64,000 nucleotides of DNA from Sphagnum compactum (GCA_965153455.1 OZ234493.1:9972213-10036212); one strand, 5' to 3'. Positions 24,601-38,590 are shown, numbered from the stretch's first letter. Notes: a model not told the origin generated them from the sequence alone. Program-made: numbers and translations.

Positions 24601-25879
24601 ATAAGACGGTTCTCAAGTGAAATGGTTCTCACTCAAGTGCAAATTGAAAGGGCAGGTTTCAATAGGTTGCATTTCAGTGCTAGAGCATTATAGGAATATG
24701 GAAAGCACAATGCTAATTTCCAAAGTGTGTAATGCACTCTTGTGAAATAGGAAAACACATAAACTGTATTGAAAATGAAGTTGACACACATACAAGACAA
24801 AAACAAAAGAAAAACCCCACTTTCCAACTTGCAAGCAGGTTACTAGACTTGCATGAAAAGAAATGCTGGAAAGATTTTAAAAACCTAGTCTCTTTATGGA
24901 GAGGAAGCCTTTGTGTGTTAGACGCGCTTTAATCCCTAGGCATTAGGGTACCACCCTAGGCAAATATGTACCAAGGCAAATACGAGGGTATGTAAGGCCC
25001 TTGACCAGTAGGTAGTCATTGAAAATAAAACCTAAAATGACCTGCCTAGGTGGCATGTCCTCATTCATACACAAGTGAGGCCCTTGCAAAGCTAGGCCTT
25101 TGTTATATGAAGCATGGTGAATGCACATGCCTTGGGGCATTCTTGTTTTTTTTACATGGACAAGGCATAGATTAAGGTGCATAGAATTTTAAGGGTTTTA
25201 GGTTTTAGAGGATGGAGGAGTTGTGAAAGAGTTTGGAGAAATCATGAAAAGTGTAGAGGAGTTGATGATGCAACGGCAAAAGCTTGAAGCATTGATGTTG
25301 TGCAATTTGATTATTGAACATAGTTCCTTCTCCTTGCTTTACATGATGTTGTGTAGAATTTGTGTGAAGTGGAGATGAACATCACAAGTTCATGTAAGAA
25401 TCATCAAGTTTTGTGTTTTTTTTTATCAATTTTTTCTTTGTTATGTTATGTCTTTACTTTGTCGATGTTAAGGTCGTTTAGTTTTTTATTACACTATTTT
25501 ATTGTTTGAAGGTCTTAAGATTCTTTTTTTTTGTGTGATGGTGGATGATTGGGTTGGTGATTTGAAAGGAATAAAGTTGTAAGGCTCACTTCTATTAATT
25601 GTTCAATGCTCAAATTTAGCAACTAATTTTCATGTTGGAGAAGTTGAAGTCTACATGGTGATAGCACAACGTTGAACAATCTAAGTCTTTAGTGAATAAG
25701 ATGTTGTTGAAAGAGAGGTTGGCAAGGAGGAGATTTTGCAAGTTGAAATAAAGGCACAACAATGATAGCTCCTCCTCCAACTATTGATGAATAAAAAGTT
25801 TCAACCTTTTTGGAAGAGAACAAGTACTTGGGCCTTTTTTGTAACTCAATGTTTTTTTTGCTTTTATGGATTTTCGAAG

Positions 25880-26830
25880 TCTCAATGGATATGATGTGGT
25901 GTTTCATAGTGTCTAGCAAGAAGAGGTTGGACAAAATAATACCTTCCATCCCAAAGGGCCTTGTCATGTATAACAAAAAAACATGGAACAACCACTATGA
26001 GTGGGCATGTCTATAGAACACTTTGTCATGTTGAACTTGTGCAAAGACTCAAAAACTTATTATTGAAATTTTTTCACCTAATGCACAATAGTTTTCCGAG
26101 AAGTGGAAAATCCAACAACCCATTCCACTGTTGACTTTTTAATGCCTAAAATCTCTTATGATAAATTTCTCCATGCTCAAGAACAATTCTTGGAGGATTT
26201 ATGTTTGTATATTATTAAACGATGCAACCCATTGAGCTCCATTGAAAACATTTAGCTTAGGACGTTAGTCCTTTGACAATGTGGGAAGGTTATGTTTCCA
26301 AACATGTGGTAGTTTTACAATGAAGTAATACTTAACATGGTCAATAAGACCATCATGGAACACCATTTTTTCTTGCCCTTGTTGAAGCCACCACAATTAT
26401 TGCCACATTCATTTTTTGGATATCACAAAAAGGATTTCACATGTTTGTTTTGATGGTCAATTACATAACAAAAAATGGGTTTCTTATCACATTGATATAG
26501 TGATCTTGGAGTTTCATGAGACATCAAAAGTTGCCATGATTGTGCAACCAAAGACTTTGTTTGTTCGCTTTGGCTTATGTCACAAAGTCATAGTTTACCT
26601 GAAAGATGAATGCACCAACTTAACACTCTCACAAATGCCTTAACAAACATTGTGTCATGTATTTCATTGATGTTCTCACACTACATGTTGGTAATTATTA
26701 TGAGCATATTATGTTTAAATGTTGTCAATATCCTATTAGTTAACAATCTAGAAGTTTGTGATTCTATGATGGAGGTGTCAATCAAGGATGCACACATGGG
26801 TTTTTGCTGAAAATTGCTACATGCAAAAAA
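25880..26830 (+). pseudogene. Decayed BED-finger hAT transposase fragment (N-terminal half)
   Basis: Reads MMWCFIV...KGLVMYNK...GTTTMSGHV, QEQFLEDLCLYIIK...PLSSIENI and VIVYLKDECTNL. These parallel the minus-strand relic at 59700-61740 (MLRCIIY...KGLIKYGK, MVTFVKDEGSNL). Confidence 0.7.
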
Positions 26831-29800
26831 CTATTTCATGCAAAAAAATTGGTTAGATGATCCTAGATTAGGGTGCTAATTGGTTTAGGGATGAAGTTGA
26901 TGGAAGAATACTTAGATGTTAAAGGCACTTTGCTTGAAGAAAAAGGAATTGATTGTAAACTTTGGTTTGTTTGAAAATGATTAACTAATATGCTATTGAA
27001 GGTTACAAAATGCAAAACAACTATGATGGAAATAGTTTTAAAGGTCAAAAATGGATATAAACTAATATCTATTCTAATTGTTTGTTGAATTGATTGGTTG
27101 TTTGATGTCCTTCATGCATTTGCCTTGTTTTAAATTTGTTAACCATTAACCATTTGTGATATGTAGAAACATGTTTTGTGTACTTGGGGTTGTTGAAACC
27201 CACAACAAGGGGCAAAGTGCTTCCATAATGAAATGGGAGAAAATATAAAATGAAAAATTTCTAGATTTCTAGAGTTTCACAAGAATAATTGATTTGTTCC
27301 TTTTTTTCCATTCATATGTTATAACTTCATCATCAAGGTGTGACTATGCTACCAATATTAGAACAATTATTTTTTGTGTTTTAGATGTTTGTATTGGTGT
27401 TTCCATGGTGTCTTGGTTTGATCAATGTGACTTTTTTCTTTTCTAGTCTTGAAGCTTGAAAGCTTTAAACAACATAGTCATGGGGTGGTTTGAAAGTGGT
27501 GTGAATTGATGTGCTTGTGCTAGCATTTCAACTTGAACGTTTAAAAAATTGTAGATCTAAGTGTGAATTGGTGTGTTTTTTATTGGTGTTTATTAATCTT
27601 GAGTGTTTGTAAAACTACAAAATCAAGGGGTTGAAATTTGCATGATTGTGTATGTCTATTTTGATGTTTAAGCTTAAAAGTTTTAAAAATTACAAAGCTA
27701 GAGGGATTGAAAGTTGAAAATAATTATAGAGTTGGAGGTCACAATTGGTGTGATTTTTTGTTGTTTAAGCCTAAATGTTGAAAAAACTACAAATGTTCAT
27801 GTAAGTAAAATTGCAAAGTAATAATGTGGGTTCTTTTTTGTACTTGTCAATGTTGTTTTTCTATGTTAGTTGAACATCATATGTGTCAATGTCGTTTTTT
27901 GTGCATTGTCTTTATGTTGCAAAACTTATGTGTCAAGTGTTAATGTTTTTGGTGTCATATAATTTTGTTGTTTGTCAAGTGTGTTATATAGTTGCATGTA
28001 ATTAAATGTTTGTTTATGTTTGGGAGGCCAAAGACAAGACAAAGGTAGTCCCAATTTAAGAATGCACCCTATATCCATCCTTAAATTGAATTTCCTAACA
28101 TTTTACTTCCAAAAGGTGATAATGGCTACATGTAATTTTAGTAGCTTCAATTCTTGATTTTGATGCATCTTCATCATCCAATGGCAAGTTGCATCAATTG
28201 TGATTAGTTAGTCATTATGCATTATAGCCATTTTGCAATAACTCATGTGATTACAATTTAGAACATTTAAAAATGTTTGGTGAAACAATTATACACCTTT
28301 TTTTTCCCTTCAACTTTGGCACAATTTGTTTGTAATGACAATTTCACACACTCTTTTTCTTTGAATGTGTTCTTGAATGGAAAATGATGTCAATTTTAAT
28401 TTTATTCATCATATTTCCTTTAAGTCCTTATTTGTTGGGCATCAAATTTTCATAGCAATGAAGTTATACATGCTGAGGAGGTCATTCTTTTTGTATTAAA
28501 AAATTATATGAGTAAAAAATAGCACTACTACAAATCATGGGTCTAGTTCATTAATTAAGGCACATATAAAGTGGTGATTGACTCCATAATAAATTGCATT
28601 TCACCATTCCTATTTTCTAGTCATTATGTAATGATCCTAATTGGTATTATACACACACATGCACACACACATGTATATATTAGGACATATTAAATGGTTG
28701 AAATGTGAAAAATTCAGTTTTTTCCATTTTATGTATGTTAACCATAAATTATTTGCATAAAAAAATGAAGGATTTCAAAGTCATTAAAATAAAATAAAAT
28801 CAAATCATGCCATCAAATGATTGAATTTGCATGAATAAATGTATTTGGAATTGTTATTAAACAATGACATTCAAATGTTTTTTTCTTCAAACGATTCACA
28901 ATTTGGTATGTTTATTTATTATACATGTGTAAACTTTTGAAAAAAATTCAAAAATGAGTTTTCATTTATTTCATTTGAACAAAATATGAGAAAGAATTTT
29001 ACATTTTAAAGTTTGACATTTAATAGAATTTGGTGTGATTCTTGTACAATCAATCTTCAATTATTTATATTTCAAAGTTAAATGGTGGTTGGTTTGGTAA
29101 AATAATGGAGTGTTTATTTGGAAACCAAGGTTCATGCCTAGATCCCAACAACCATATGTTAATTGTATTCATGTGTATTTTATATACATATAAAAATAAA
29201 AATATGACAATAAAAATATTTAAAATTATAATTCTAAATATAAATATAACAAAAAATAAAAATAATTATAAATATAACCTAAAATTATATTTGCAAGTCC
29301 AAAAAACATGACAAAACATTGATGAATTGAATATGTCTGTAACAACCCGTCACCAATCATTGAGCAAAAGGGTTCTTTGAAAGTGTGAATAACATTCCTA
29401 ATAATTAAAAACAATGGTGAGTTATTTGATGAATCAATACTCTATTTGTAATAGTGTAAGGTCCTATTGATTGTTGGGTAAGTGTTTTTATTAAATTAGT
29501 TTGATAATAGGATTATGTTTATTCTTAAAATCAAAATAAACTAGTATAGGGTATACATTAATAGTAGGTATTAAAAAATTAGAAAAACTATATGTACAAG
29601 AGACTTATAATATGTATTAGTTGTTAATAGGTTCAATTAGTAGGATGGAAAGGGTGTAATTTATATTGTGGATTCAAAACAAAGGAGATAACATTTAGAA
29701 TGGGTGATATTTATATGGTTAGGACAAGGAGTTGATGAAGGTTTGAATGTAACAACTTGGTGGTCCACTAATTAGGTTACAATGCATAGTGCATAGTTTA

Positions 29801-30659
29801 GTTTAATTTAAAAACTTATTTAAAAATCATTTTTTTGGGTATTTTTTTGCCCTTGAAAACAAAATTATTTTTTGTTGTTTGTAATGACTTTGTGAATGTT
29901 CGGCAATGTTTCATCATTTAGAATGTGATCTATTTGAAATGTTTGTCGATTGTTTTTTAAAATGAGGTTTAATCATTTCATGCATAATGTTTTCTTAATG
30001 ATGCACAATCAGTTTCCTTTTTTCATCAATATTTTTCACATCGTCAAATAAATTCAAAATTCAAACAAACATATGACATTAAAATTCAATGCAAACATAA
30101 AATTTAAGATGGTTTGAATATGTGAATATTAATTTTTTTGGATAATAATAAGGTGTGAAAAATTAACACGTAGTGACCCTTGGTATACATGTCCTTATGT
30201 ATAGAAAATAAGTCTATGTCTATGTCCACACGAACTAGGTTTAGTAAGTAAATAAATAAATAAATGTAAGCCTGGGCTTTACATATGACTATTTTTAATG
30301 CTCTATCCATAGGGTATCTCTGAAAGTACATGACCACCTAACATTGATTCTTACACTTTGTAGAGTTCTTGTCATTTACACTCTCCAAAATTCAATAAAA
30401 GATTGATGGCTGGAACCATCACTGGGGAGACAAAAAGGGAAGGCCAAAGAAAGGCCAAAAGACGAACAGCCCGCAGGAACCAAAAAAAATAAAATGGAGG
30501 GAGCTAGTTCTCCCTCTAGCTCTCTCCTACCATTTACAAGGTAGGTTCATAAAGTCACACATTTTTATGTCAACATTAGTTCTATCTTATTTGATCTCTG
30601 CCATTAGCCTTTTTCTTTATGTTGGGCAAAGGCCTTACACAAGGGCATTACCCTACATG

Positions 30660-30900
30660 TTAAACACTCCAAGATTTTTTTCTTTGTATTTGAAAACACT
30701 TCACTGCATGGAATATTTGTTCCTTTGTTAAAGGACCTTTCCATTGATCAAATGTAGACCTCCCATCATTTGAATAAAAATTGTGCTTTAAATTGGGGAA
30801 GGCTTGTTCCCATAGGCCTCCCTTACTTTTTGATTTATACATTTGGGCTACCACGTTTGATGCTACCACATTTGAAGTAGGGGAAGCCTTGGGGAATAAT
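30660..30900 (-). mobile_element. Possible LINE ORF2 linker fragment
   Basis: GPLTKEQIFHAVKCF resembles the L1 'P.T.EEI..A.' segment preceding the RT domain. This is a single short motif. Confidence 0.25.
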
Positions 30901-31169
30901 CCCTCCCCTATCCTTATTAATTATGGAAAGAGGTAGCTAAATCATGTCAGCATTAGAATTGCTTTCACTATCAATTTTGATGTTATTCATATTAGAGCAT
31001 GCCTAGTGCTAGTAGTAGAACGACCCATGTTTTGGATGAAGTATTACACGTCTCAGGTAGTGTAATTCTTTTTGGGGCTAGTACATATGCTCATGTTAGC
31101 AGTGCCCTGGAATTAGGGTAAACCAGCTGGTGACTGAACGTTTAAGCACTCAGGGCAGGCCGGATCCAA

Positions 31170-31700
31170 GGGGACGGCTCTGTTATTTCTGGTCTCCAAA
31201 CAAAATTTGAACCCCTCCTTTTGACACATCTGAAACAATAACAATCATCAAAAACAGATTAGAAATGAGAAAATTACAACCCTCAAAGTACAAGGGGTCA
31301 AGAATTCACCAAAAGGAAACCACCAAACATTACAAAGGCTGGTTCTCAAACATCCAAAAAGTTCCTTTTATGTTGCTATTAGAGTTTAATGATGATTTGT
31401 AGAACTTCAGGTGGTGCTCCTATAGCACTTTAAATCGTTTAAAATAATAAGAAATAAGAAAGTTATGAGGTTTGAAAGTAGGAGGGGTCAAAATGAAAAA
31501 AAATGAAAAAGAATGAGTTTAACAATTTGAAAAAACGTATTTTCTTTACTGCTCTTATTTGGCTGGTCCATTGGCTTTGTATTTCAAAGATGATTTGTAG
31601 AGCTTGAGAAGGCGCTCTTATAACATTTTAAATTGCTCAAAATGGAGAAGAATCAAGAAAGATCTGGCAAAGTGTTCGATCATAAGCAGGTGATCGGTGA
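31170..31700. repeat. Dispersed repeat with an internal duplication (MITE-like)
   Basis: GATGATTTGTAGA(A/G)CTT...GCTC(C/T)TATA(G/A)CA(C/T)TTTAAAT(C/T)G occurs twice (~31390 and ~31589). AGAAAT(G/A)AGAAA...AAAGTA..AGGGGTCAA also occurs twice. Confidence 0.55.
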
Positions 31701-33543
31701 TGGGCCGATCTACCTTACATCACTAAAAGAAATGATTATTCTTGATTGACCAATCATAATGATTAGCTTAGGTGGTAAGATTTTAAATGGTCTATTGCTT
31801 TATTCAATCCATTTTTCATGTTTAAGGGTGAGGATGTGGGAGTATTAACATTGCACCTTGGATGTGCTAAATACTAATAGAGGCTGAAATGGGGGCTGTG
31901 CTTAGGCATGCACTTAGGCCTAGCCATATTGGACAAGAGGTTCCATACTAGTTAGATGCGGGGTGCCTTTGAAATTCCATTGTTTTGTTACAATGAACCT
32001 ATTTGATTGACCCATCACAACCAGGTTTTGAAACTTTGGAGACTGCCCAATATAGCCAAAGTATTCTCTCCAAACTTAGGAACGTATAGGTTGCCAATAT
32101 TTGCCTAACTATAAAGGTTCCAAGAGGACAATGTTGGGCAAAGCATATGGGACAAAGTCAGATGCAATTGGGAAGACACTGAGGAACTGAGAACTTCGGA
32201 GTACATTGAGAACCCATTGGGAACTTAATGGGAAAACAGTGAGAACTTGGTGAAAACAACAAAAATCCAAAAAATCCAACACCATAGTTGCAATTCCTCA
32301 TTGCCTGACCAAAATTTATATTTCCACCTGACTTCATCACCTATTTTGGCCTATGCTAATGACAGGGGCATGAATAGAGACATGGGTAAGGTTTGATAAA
32401 TTGAAAGTCTTTCATTCTCCCAGCAAGAATAGTTGGATGTCAACTCAAGCCTGACGTAGATACCATTATGACTGGCCCAAGTGCATGACATGCGACTTCA
32501 GTGTCCTTAGGTTAACATACAGTTGTGGTGATGAGTATTTATTTTACTTGGTGAATTAAAAAAATAATTGGGTGGATTGTGGGTAACATCTTTGCATGTG
32601 CTGCCAATGAATTTGTAATGAATTCAAGCAACAACATGCGAGGTGATCCATAACTTCTATTCACTTAGTTGATCCACTTGATGATGCTCCACCGTACATA
32701 GGAAATAAATTGCACAAACATGCACTTGCTTAGAACACACATTTGTACTGAATAAATATCATACAAGAATGGGACAAAGTTTGCCAACTAAGCTGTGTGA
32801 ATGAGAGTCTCATCAGCCTTAGGGCTTAACTGGTTGAAAGACATTTGAATCTGGAAGCCCAACCTACCAATCAGGCTTTGCAGCTTTTGGGCTCCATTAT
32901 TTAGCAAATATGGATGTTTAAAAAAAAAAAATATATATATATATATATGCTTGCATACATCTTGCATTAGTATTTGTAGCTGATTGCTTTCAAAGGGCTT
33001 TTCCCCCTCTCTTTCAGATCCCTACCATGAATGAAACTAATGCACTTCATTTGCAAATAATTTGGTTACAAATCCAATTTTATCTCAGAGTGTTCCTATG
33101 AAGAACCATTTGGACTGCTGCGATTCTTTCTAGGGCTTTCCTAGTAGCCAGTGGCCTCTCATCAGGTACCTAGTCCATATCTTCTGCTGTGTTTGATCCC
33201 AATGTAATAGAGACTCCTGGAGCACCCAAAAACTGGAACAGATAACCACAAAATTTTGACTCCACACGGTGTGCATGCATCCAGAAATCTTATGTTACAA
33301 AGAATGCATAAAGCAAGCAGATTGTGAATGAACTCAGACAGGAACAATCCATTATTCTGTGTGATGTTCATCATACCATGCACCCAAACATGAAATCTAA
33401 ACAGTATATGTACAAAACACACAAGTGACAAGCACCAAGCTTGAGTATAATAATTGGGAATCATATTTTACATAATGGCTCCAAAATTGATGAATTGGTA
33501 ACCCAGCTAATATATGTACACACACACATATATACATCTTTTA

Positions 33544-33780
33544 CCCTAGGGCAAGTTTTGTCATTAAATAATCCTTAAAATAGTGAAATGAATTTTCTTG
33601 AAAGTATGAAGCTGAGCTGGGAAAACCATCACAATTATGGCAGGCTACAATCTGAATAATTTCACTCCTCATGTAACAATATCATAGTAAGGCATGGGTT
33701 TTTTTTTTCAAATTAAAAAAATGAATGAATGAATGAATTTTTAATTATTCATCTTGTCAATGTGGAAGCTGACCCTAGGC
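33544..33780. mobile_element. TA-flanked MITE (237 bp), family copy 2
   Basis: The ends are TA|CCCTAGGGCAAGTTT and GAAGCTGACCCTAGGC|TA. It shares GTCATTAAATAATCCT..AAATAGTGAAATGAA, TCTGAATAATTTCACT and TTGTCAATGTGGAA with 19738..19965. Confidence 0.8.
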
Positions 33781-35318
33781 TATCGTATATGCTTTATAAT
33801 TTCATATCATCGTTAGACCCCTTAGCTTGCATAGATGCAACAACAACAATTCTCTGGAATAATTTTATCTGCAATCTTTTTTGATCATTACAGAGATCCA
33901 GTGATGATAGGTAAGGATGTCAGGATTTCAACATGCTACATTGTGATTTCACACTAGAAAATTACAACTGTGCATTTATGCAGTGAGAACAGTGATGCGC
34001 AAACATGCACATATTACATTCCGAATGTCATCTGCTTTTATTTGTATTGTATATCTCACTCTAGTTGGGTTTGTTTCACTGGCACAGGCAGAGAAAGCTA
34101 AATTCACAGCAGTACAACCATTGGGATGGAAACAGGGTTTTGTTTTTCAATTTAGTGACATAAAAAAATTTGGCGATTTTTTCCAAAACGATAGCAAAAT
34201 TAGTCAAATTTTGAATTAGAAAGAAAAATGATTTCCCAAAATTTCCCATTTTTTTTGGTTTAAAAAAAACAAAATGTGCTGAAAAATAATCACTGATTGG
34301 TTTGGAACATTGTTAACGTGAATGTCAACAAATCCATCAAATCTAGAGTCATCGAATAATACGCAGCATTTGTCAGGACACAAATTTTTTTGTTGCCTCA
34401 CTCATGTGTGTGGATAGATACTAGATACAGTTTGCAATCCAATTGTGAAGAGTCTCTTTGCACTTCCTTCATGAACAAGGGATAGACTTGTATGTACCAG
34501 TTTTGGCCAGTTATTGTGTTTTGACCCAGTTATCAAGCTGGTTACTACTTGAAACAACTTGCAAACAGCAGATGAAATTTTTTGCTAGCTAAGATGCCCT
34601 CTGATTACGCTGAGAAAATCAGCACTAATCTGTACTGTGGCTTAACATACTTTGAGCATCTAATCTGATTCTTACAGTTCTCTACATTACAGGGACGCAA
34701 TTTCACAGCATAATCTTCAATAGCAGTAGATGGGTAGTTGTCTTGACCCTTGATGTTTGATATAAATAGATACATAACAGTGACAGGATTTTTTAATACA
34801 TAACTCTTAAGAAGGAATGTGCCTAAGAGGTGACAAGTTTCAGATTTTTAAGTTGCAGTTGATTCAGGCCAAAACCCAAACACCAAAATTGAGCTCAAAG
34901 ATTATGTCATAACCCCCCTGAGTGACATGACCATGATTTCAACTCTAAAAGCAGCAGTAGCCACTACAGTTGCACAAAACTTTCAAGTTTTGCAGGGATT
35001 TTGAACTTGCAATTTACAAGGGATGAGAATTCAGATCCAGAATTTGTACAAAGAACTCATTTTTCCATTCCAATAAAGATGACAAAGACACCACCACCAC
35101 TTTGCCAAACTCTTATGGATTGTGGATCTGCTGCACTTGGAGCACTTTCTGAAGAAATGGCAGTAGAAGTGGATTGTTCATCAGGTTGGTTGGATTCTTG
35201 TGCACTAAACTTGTGTGTTGCCCAAGCCAAGGTTATATGCTAAGCCAGCTGATGGCATGCCAGATTCCACAACATGATTTGAAATACTCTGTGGTCGACA
35301 TTGGACCTTGCTTGCAGC

Positions 35319-36027
35319 TCAGTATGAGATATCTGACAAAGACTTGTAACGCCGAACGAGCCCCTTAGGGCTATCAATGATTGCAACACTTTTCGTGTGA
35401 GGCATTGACTTGAGAGAAGAAAGCCTCTTGGAGGGCACTGGTATTGATGAAGATACATGATTTCTTGACCCTGGCAGTGACTTTTGCTTCACCAGTTTCT
35501 TCAATGATCGAGCTTGAACACTGCATCGGAGGCTATTAGGACTCCGCTTGATATCACAAGTTGAAAGTCTATTCCTGTGAACCCGGGGGATGATCCCAAG
35601 GCTTCCTTCTTCATCTGATGTATTCATGTCAAGCACCATCCTATTCTCACATGATGAGCTTGCTTCTGCTGCTGCACTGCATGAATGTGACCCCACATCA
35701 AGGCTCATCAGCTTCTCGCTCTCTAAGCTTGATGAGCAGTTTGATCCACAATCTGTGACTGGGCTACCTTGCATTGGGTCACTTAATCTCGGCTGAGGTG
35801 AAGCCAATTCTGACTTGTCTGGAGGCGTCAGTGCAGCTTTCAAAAGAAGCTCAAGTGCATGATCTTTGTTTGAAGTAGTAGAAAAGCCAGGCTCCTTGAA
35901 AGACTCAGACTTTATCTCCATTCGTCTCTCTTTTTTGGAAGTTGGTTGATGTCCCTTCTTTGCTACTCTGCACCAGTCGCAAATCCAGTTCCCAGAGTCT
36001 GCACCCTCCATCGATGTGCAGCAATAA
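35319..36027 (-). CDS. Plant PHD-type zinc-finger protein, coding exon 2 (gene = complement join 35319..36027, 38349..38590; 316 aa)
   Basis: The acceptor TGTCTTGCAG ends at 36028. The phase-2 join AC|T restores IQHTYCCTSMEGADSGNWICDWC, completing the Cys/His finger. A Ser-rich middle follows, and the protein ends LVRRYKSLSDISY*, like the RRYKxLxDV/E tail of this plant family. Confidence 0.9.
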
Positions 36028-36410
36028 CTGCAAGACACATGCAAACTCAGATTGTAAAATGGTGTGAATGGAACGTGAACTAGGGTTACAATGGCAAATC
36101 GCTAATGAGACTTCAACATTGTGTTGTTGGTGAAGATTTCAGGTCCTACATTGTGCATAGCCCTGCCACAAGTAGTATAGGAAGGACATTCTCTCTAGAG
36201 AGTGAAAACCCAAAATTTGCTAGACATTGCAAGACTTCAGATGTCAGAATTATTTGATGACCTCCCCAATGATGACCTCCTCCAAAGGAAGATGGACCTT
36301 GACAAGGGCTGTCTAGTGTGTCACTCAAGTCTAATGGTAAACCAAAACCCCAAATGCACTTGCAAAGCACTTTAGCTTTACTTCCAGTCAAAACCTTCCT
36401 GGATCCATTG

Positions 36411-36499
36411 CTTCCTACAAACCCTTGAAACCATGTTTCCTATGCAAAAAAATTCTAAGCATGTCCTTAGCAAACATGGTTCCAAGGGTTTGTAGGAAG
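36411..36499. repeat. Near-perfect intronic hairpin (32-bp stem, 25-nt loop)
   Basis: CTTCCTACAAACCCTTGAAACCATGTTTCCTA (36411-36442) matches the reverse complement of 36468-36499 at 30/32 positions. Confidence 0.9.
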
Positions 36500-38232
36500 A
36501 AATTGAAACACCATTTCCTAAGCATGTTCTTACAAAAAAGATGCATCATGCTGCACTTGTAAACTAGTATTGTGATCCTCTCCTTCCTAATGAAAATTGT
36601 ACATGCTAGTGAACCCCTACACAATTGCCTCAAACATCAAGAGATGAGAGGTACTAGGTTCATTTCCAGTCAAATGGAGCAGAGGGAAACACAATGCACA
36701 TTGTCACAGCACAATGGAAACCCTAACTTGCTCTTTGGCAAACTTGATCCAAGCCATAGCAGAGACATGAGCCAAAAAGCAATTTGGGTGCTCAATCTTC
36801 TGAAGACCCTAAGTGCCCAAGTATGCAATCTCAAGTAGAAGCTGCATAGCTTGATATGAATAGTCCCATTACCACCAAGGATTGGATAAAAGTTCCTCCA
36901 TTCATTCTTGAGGCCCATGTTGAATAATCAACTGCATTGAACTTTTCCAGCTTGGTAGATCAGGAGTTGTACATTATTGGGTTTGATGGTGCTAACAGAT
37001 CACTTGGGAAGGTTCTTCATCAGTTTGCCTAGGTTAAATCCATTGTCTTCTTTTGATCCATGGTGAAGAAACTTGCTTTGATGTCTGGACAACTTCCTCT
37101 GTCTATATGTCCTATAAGGGAAGGACTTTCTACTCTTGGGCTAAGCAGGTTGGGAGGCTGGCATTTTGTTTCTTATGATGATGAGTTTCTGAGAAGGGAA
37201 CCAAACTTAGTTGTGGTACATCACTAGGTCATGAACTTGTGGAACAACTAGAATGAATCTGAATAAAGCTCCTTACCATAGAGAGCATGAGAGAAGAGAG
37301 AGAGAGAGAGAGAGCTCAAGAGAGAACATGAGACTCAGAATTCACTTGGAACAAGAGAAACCAGCTTCAGAAAGCTTGAGAAAGCTTGGTTCAACATACT
37401 CCAAACCAGAGATCATCAAACTTGTGGAGCTCACAGCCCATGAAGATCCAATCTTCAACAGCATTAGCAAGAAAAGTGACAAAGAAACCAGCTGGGTCTG
37501 AGGGTTATGAAGTCTAATACAGTGCAACAAAGTTAACAAAGCTACATTTTGCAGACCTCTGTAGAGATTGAGAAACCAAACAGTTGGAAAAGGATATTAT
37601 ATGAAGACTGCATGGTCACATTGAGCACAACTTGGTTGTTGGAAGGTGTGATGTGACTGATTCTGAACTAATCTGGCAGAGAAACAATTGAAGAAAACTT
37701 CCCAAGTTGAATAAGATCAACAAGTTTCAGAATACTAGTATGCTATCAAGACCCAGCTGAAGAAGCTAGAGCTGCCACCACGGGTTTAAGTTTAGAAACT
37801 TGCAGCAGAATTTGGAAATCCAGGTCTCCGATTAACCTGAAAAGGTTGGAAAAGTTCCTTGGAGAGCATTGACAACACCATAAGATCATACCCAAGTTTA
37901 GAGACTTTAGAAGCTCTATAGAAGAGCTCGAACAGACTAGGTTTCAAGGTAGGAGGAGACGCTCGAGAGGATTACTAGCTCAGCAGCAAGCTGACATCGT
38001 GAATGGCCATGGAGTAGCGTTTCTACACGTTTGAGAATACAGTGCTTAACCCTCAATTGAATTTCTCCAACTTCACAAGTCGCAGTAACGTTGTCTGCAA
38101 GCAGCTTCAGACTAAAGTAAAGAAGATCAGATGTTTGCACAAACGCTGTCCAAGCCTGAGGATCTTGAACATCACAGTACACCTTTGGACACAATTGCTT
38201 AGGTTCACGAAAGCTCCAAAGCATTATGGCTC

Positions 38233-38296
38233 ACAGAGACAGACACAGAGAGAGACAGAGAGACAGAGAGAGAGAGAGAGAGAGACAGAGACAGAG
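38233..38296. repeat. (GA)n/(GACAGA)n microsatellite near the 5' end of the PHD-gene intron
   Basis: Directly visible. A second (GA)n lies at about 37290-37313. Confidence 0.9.
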
Positions 38297-38348
38297 TTGC
38301 AAATGCAATGCAAGGGGTGCCTGACGTGCGGAGCTCTGGACAACTTAC

Positions 38349-38590
38349 GTGTGCTGGATACGGGAGCGACAAGCGGAGCAATGCTGAAGCTGATCGGCAA
38401 AGCCCACATCCCCACACATGCTACACTCCAGCTGCTGCTGCATCTCGTCGGAGCTGCTGCTCCTCCTCATCCAGCTGCCATGATTCTCATCACACCCACG
38501 CTGCTGCTGCATGGGCAGCTCATGCCGCCGCACTAGTATACTTCCAATCTGCGCTGTACCACCACCATCACCACGACTTCTCGATTCCAT
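38349..38590 (-). CDS. Plant PHD-type zinc-finger protein, coding exon 1
   Basis: Reads MESRSRG...LECSMCGDVGFADQLQHCSACRSRIQH, followed by donor GTAAGT at 38348. The ECxMCGDxGF...CxxC....H pattern is typical of plant PHD-like proteins. The start could alternatively be the ATG at 38512. Confidence 0.88.

Noticed and set aside
34133-34295. hAT-type MITE (CAGGGTTTTG...AATCACTG)
   Set aside because: The ends are only loosely inverted and the 8-bp flanks (GATGGAAA and ATTGGTTT) do not match, so it is not supportable as a bounded element.
36560-36960. Copia remnant in the intron (KLEKFNAVDYSTWASRM gag-like; QSNGAE integrase-like)
   Set aside because: The two short motifs lie on opposite strands, with no LTRs or extended homology. 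A profile search would be needed.
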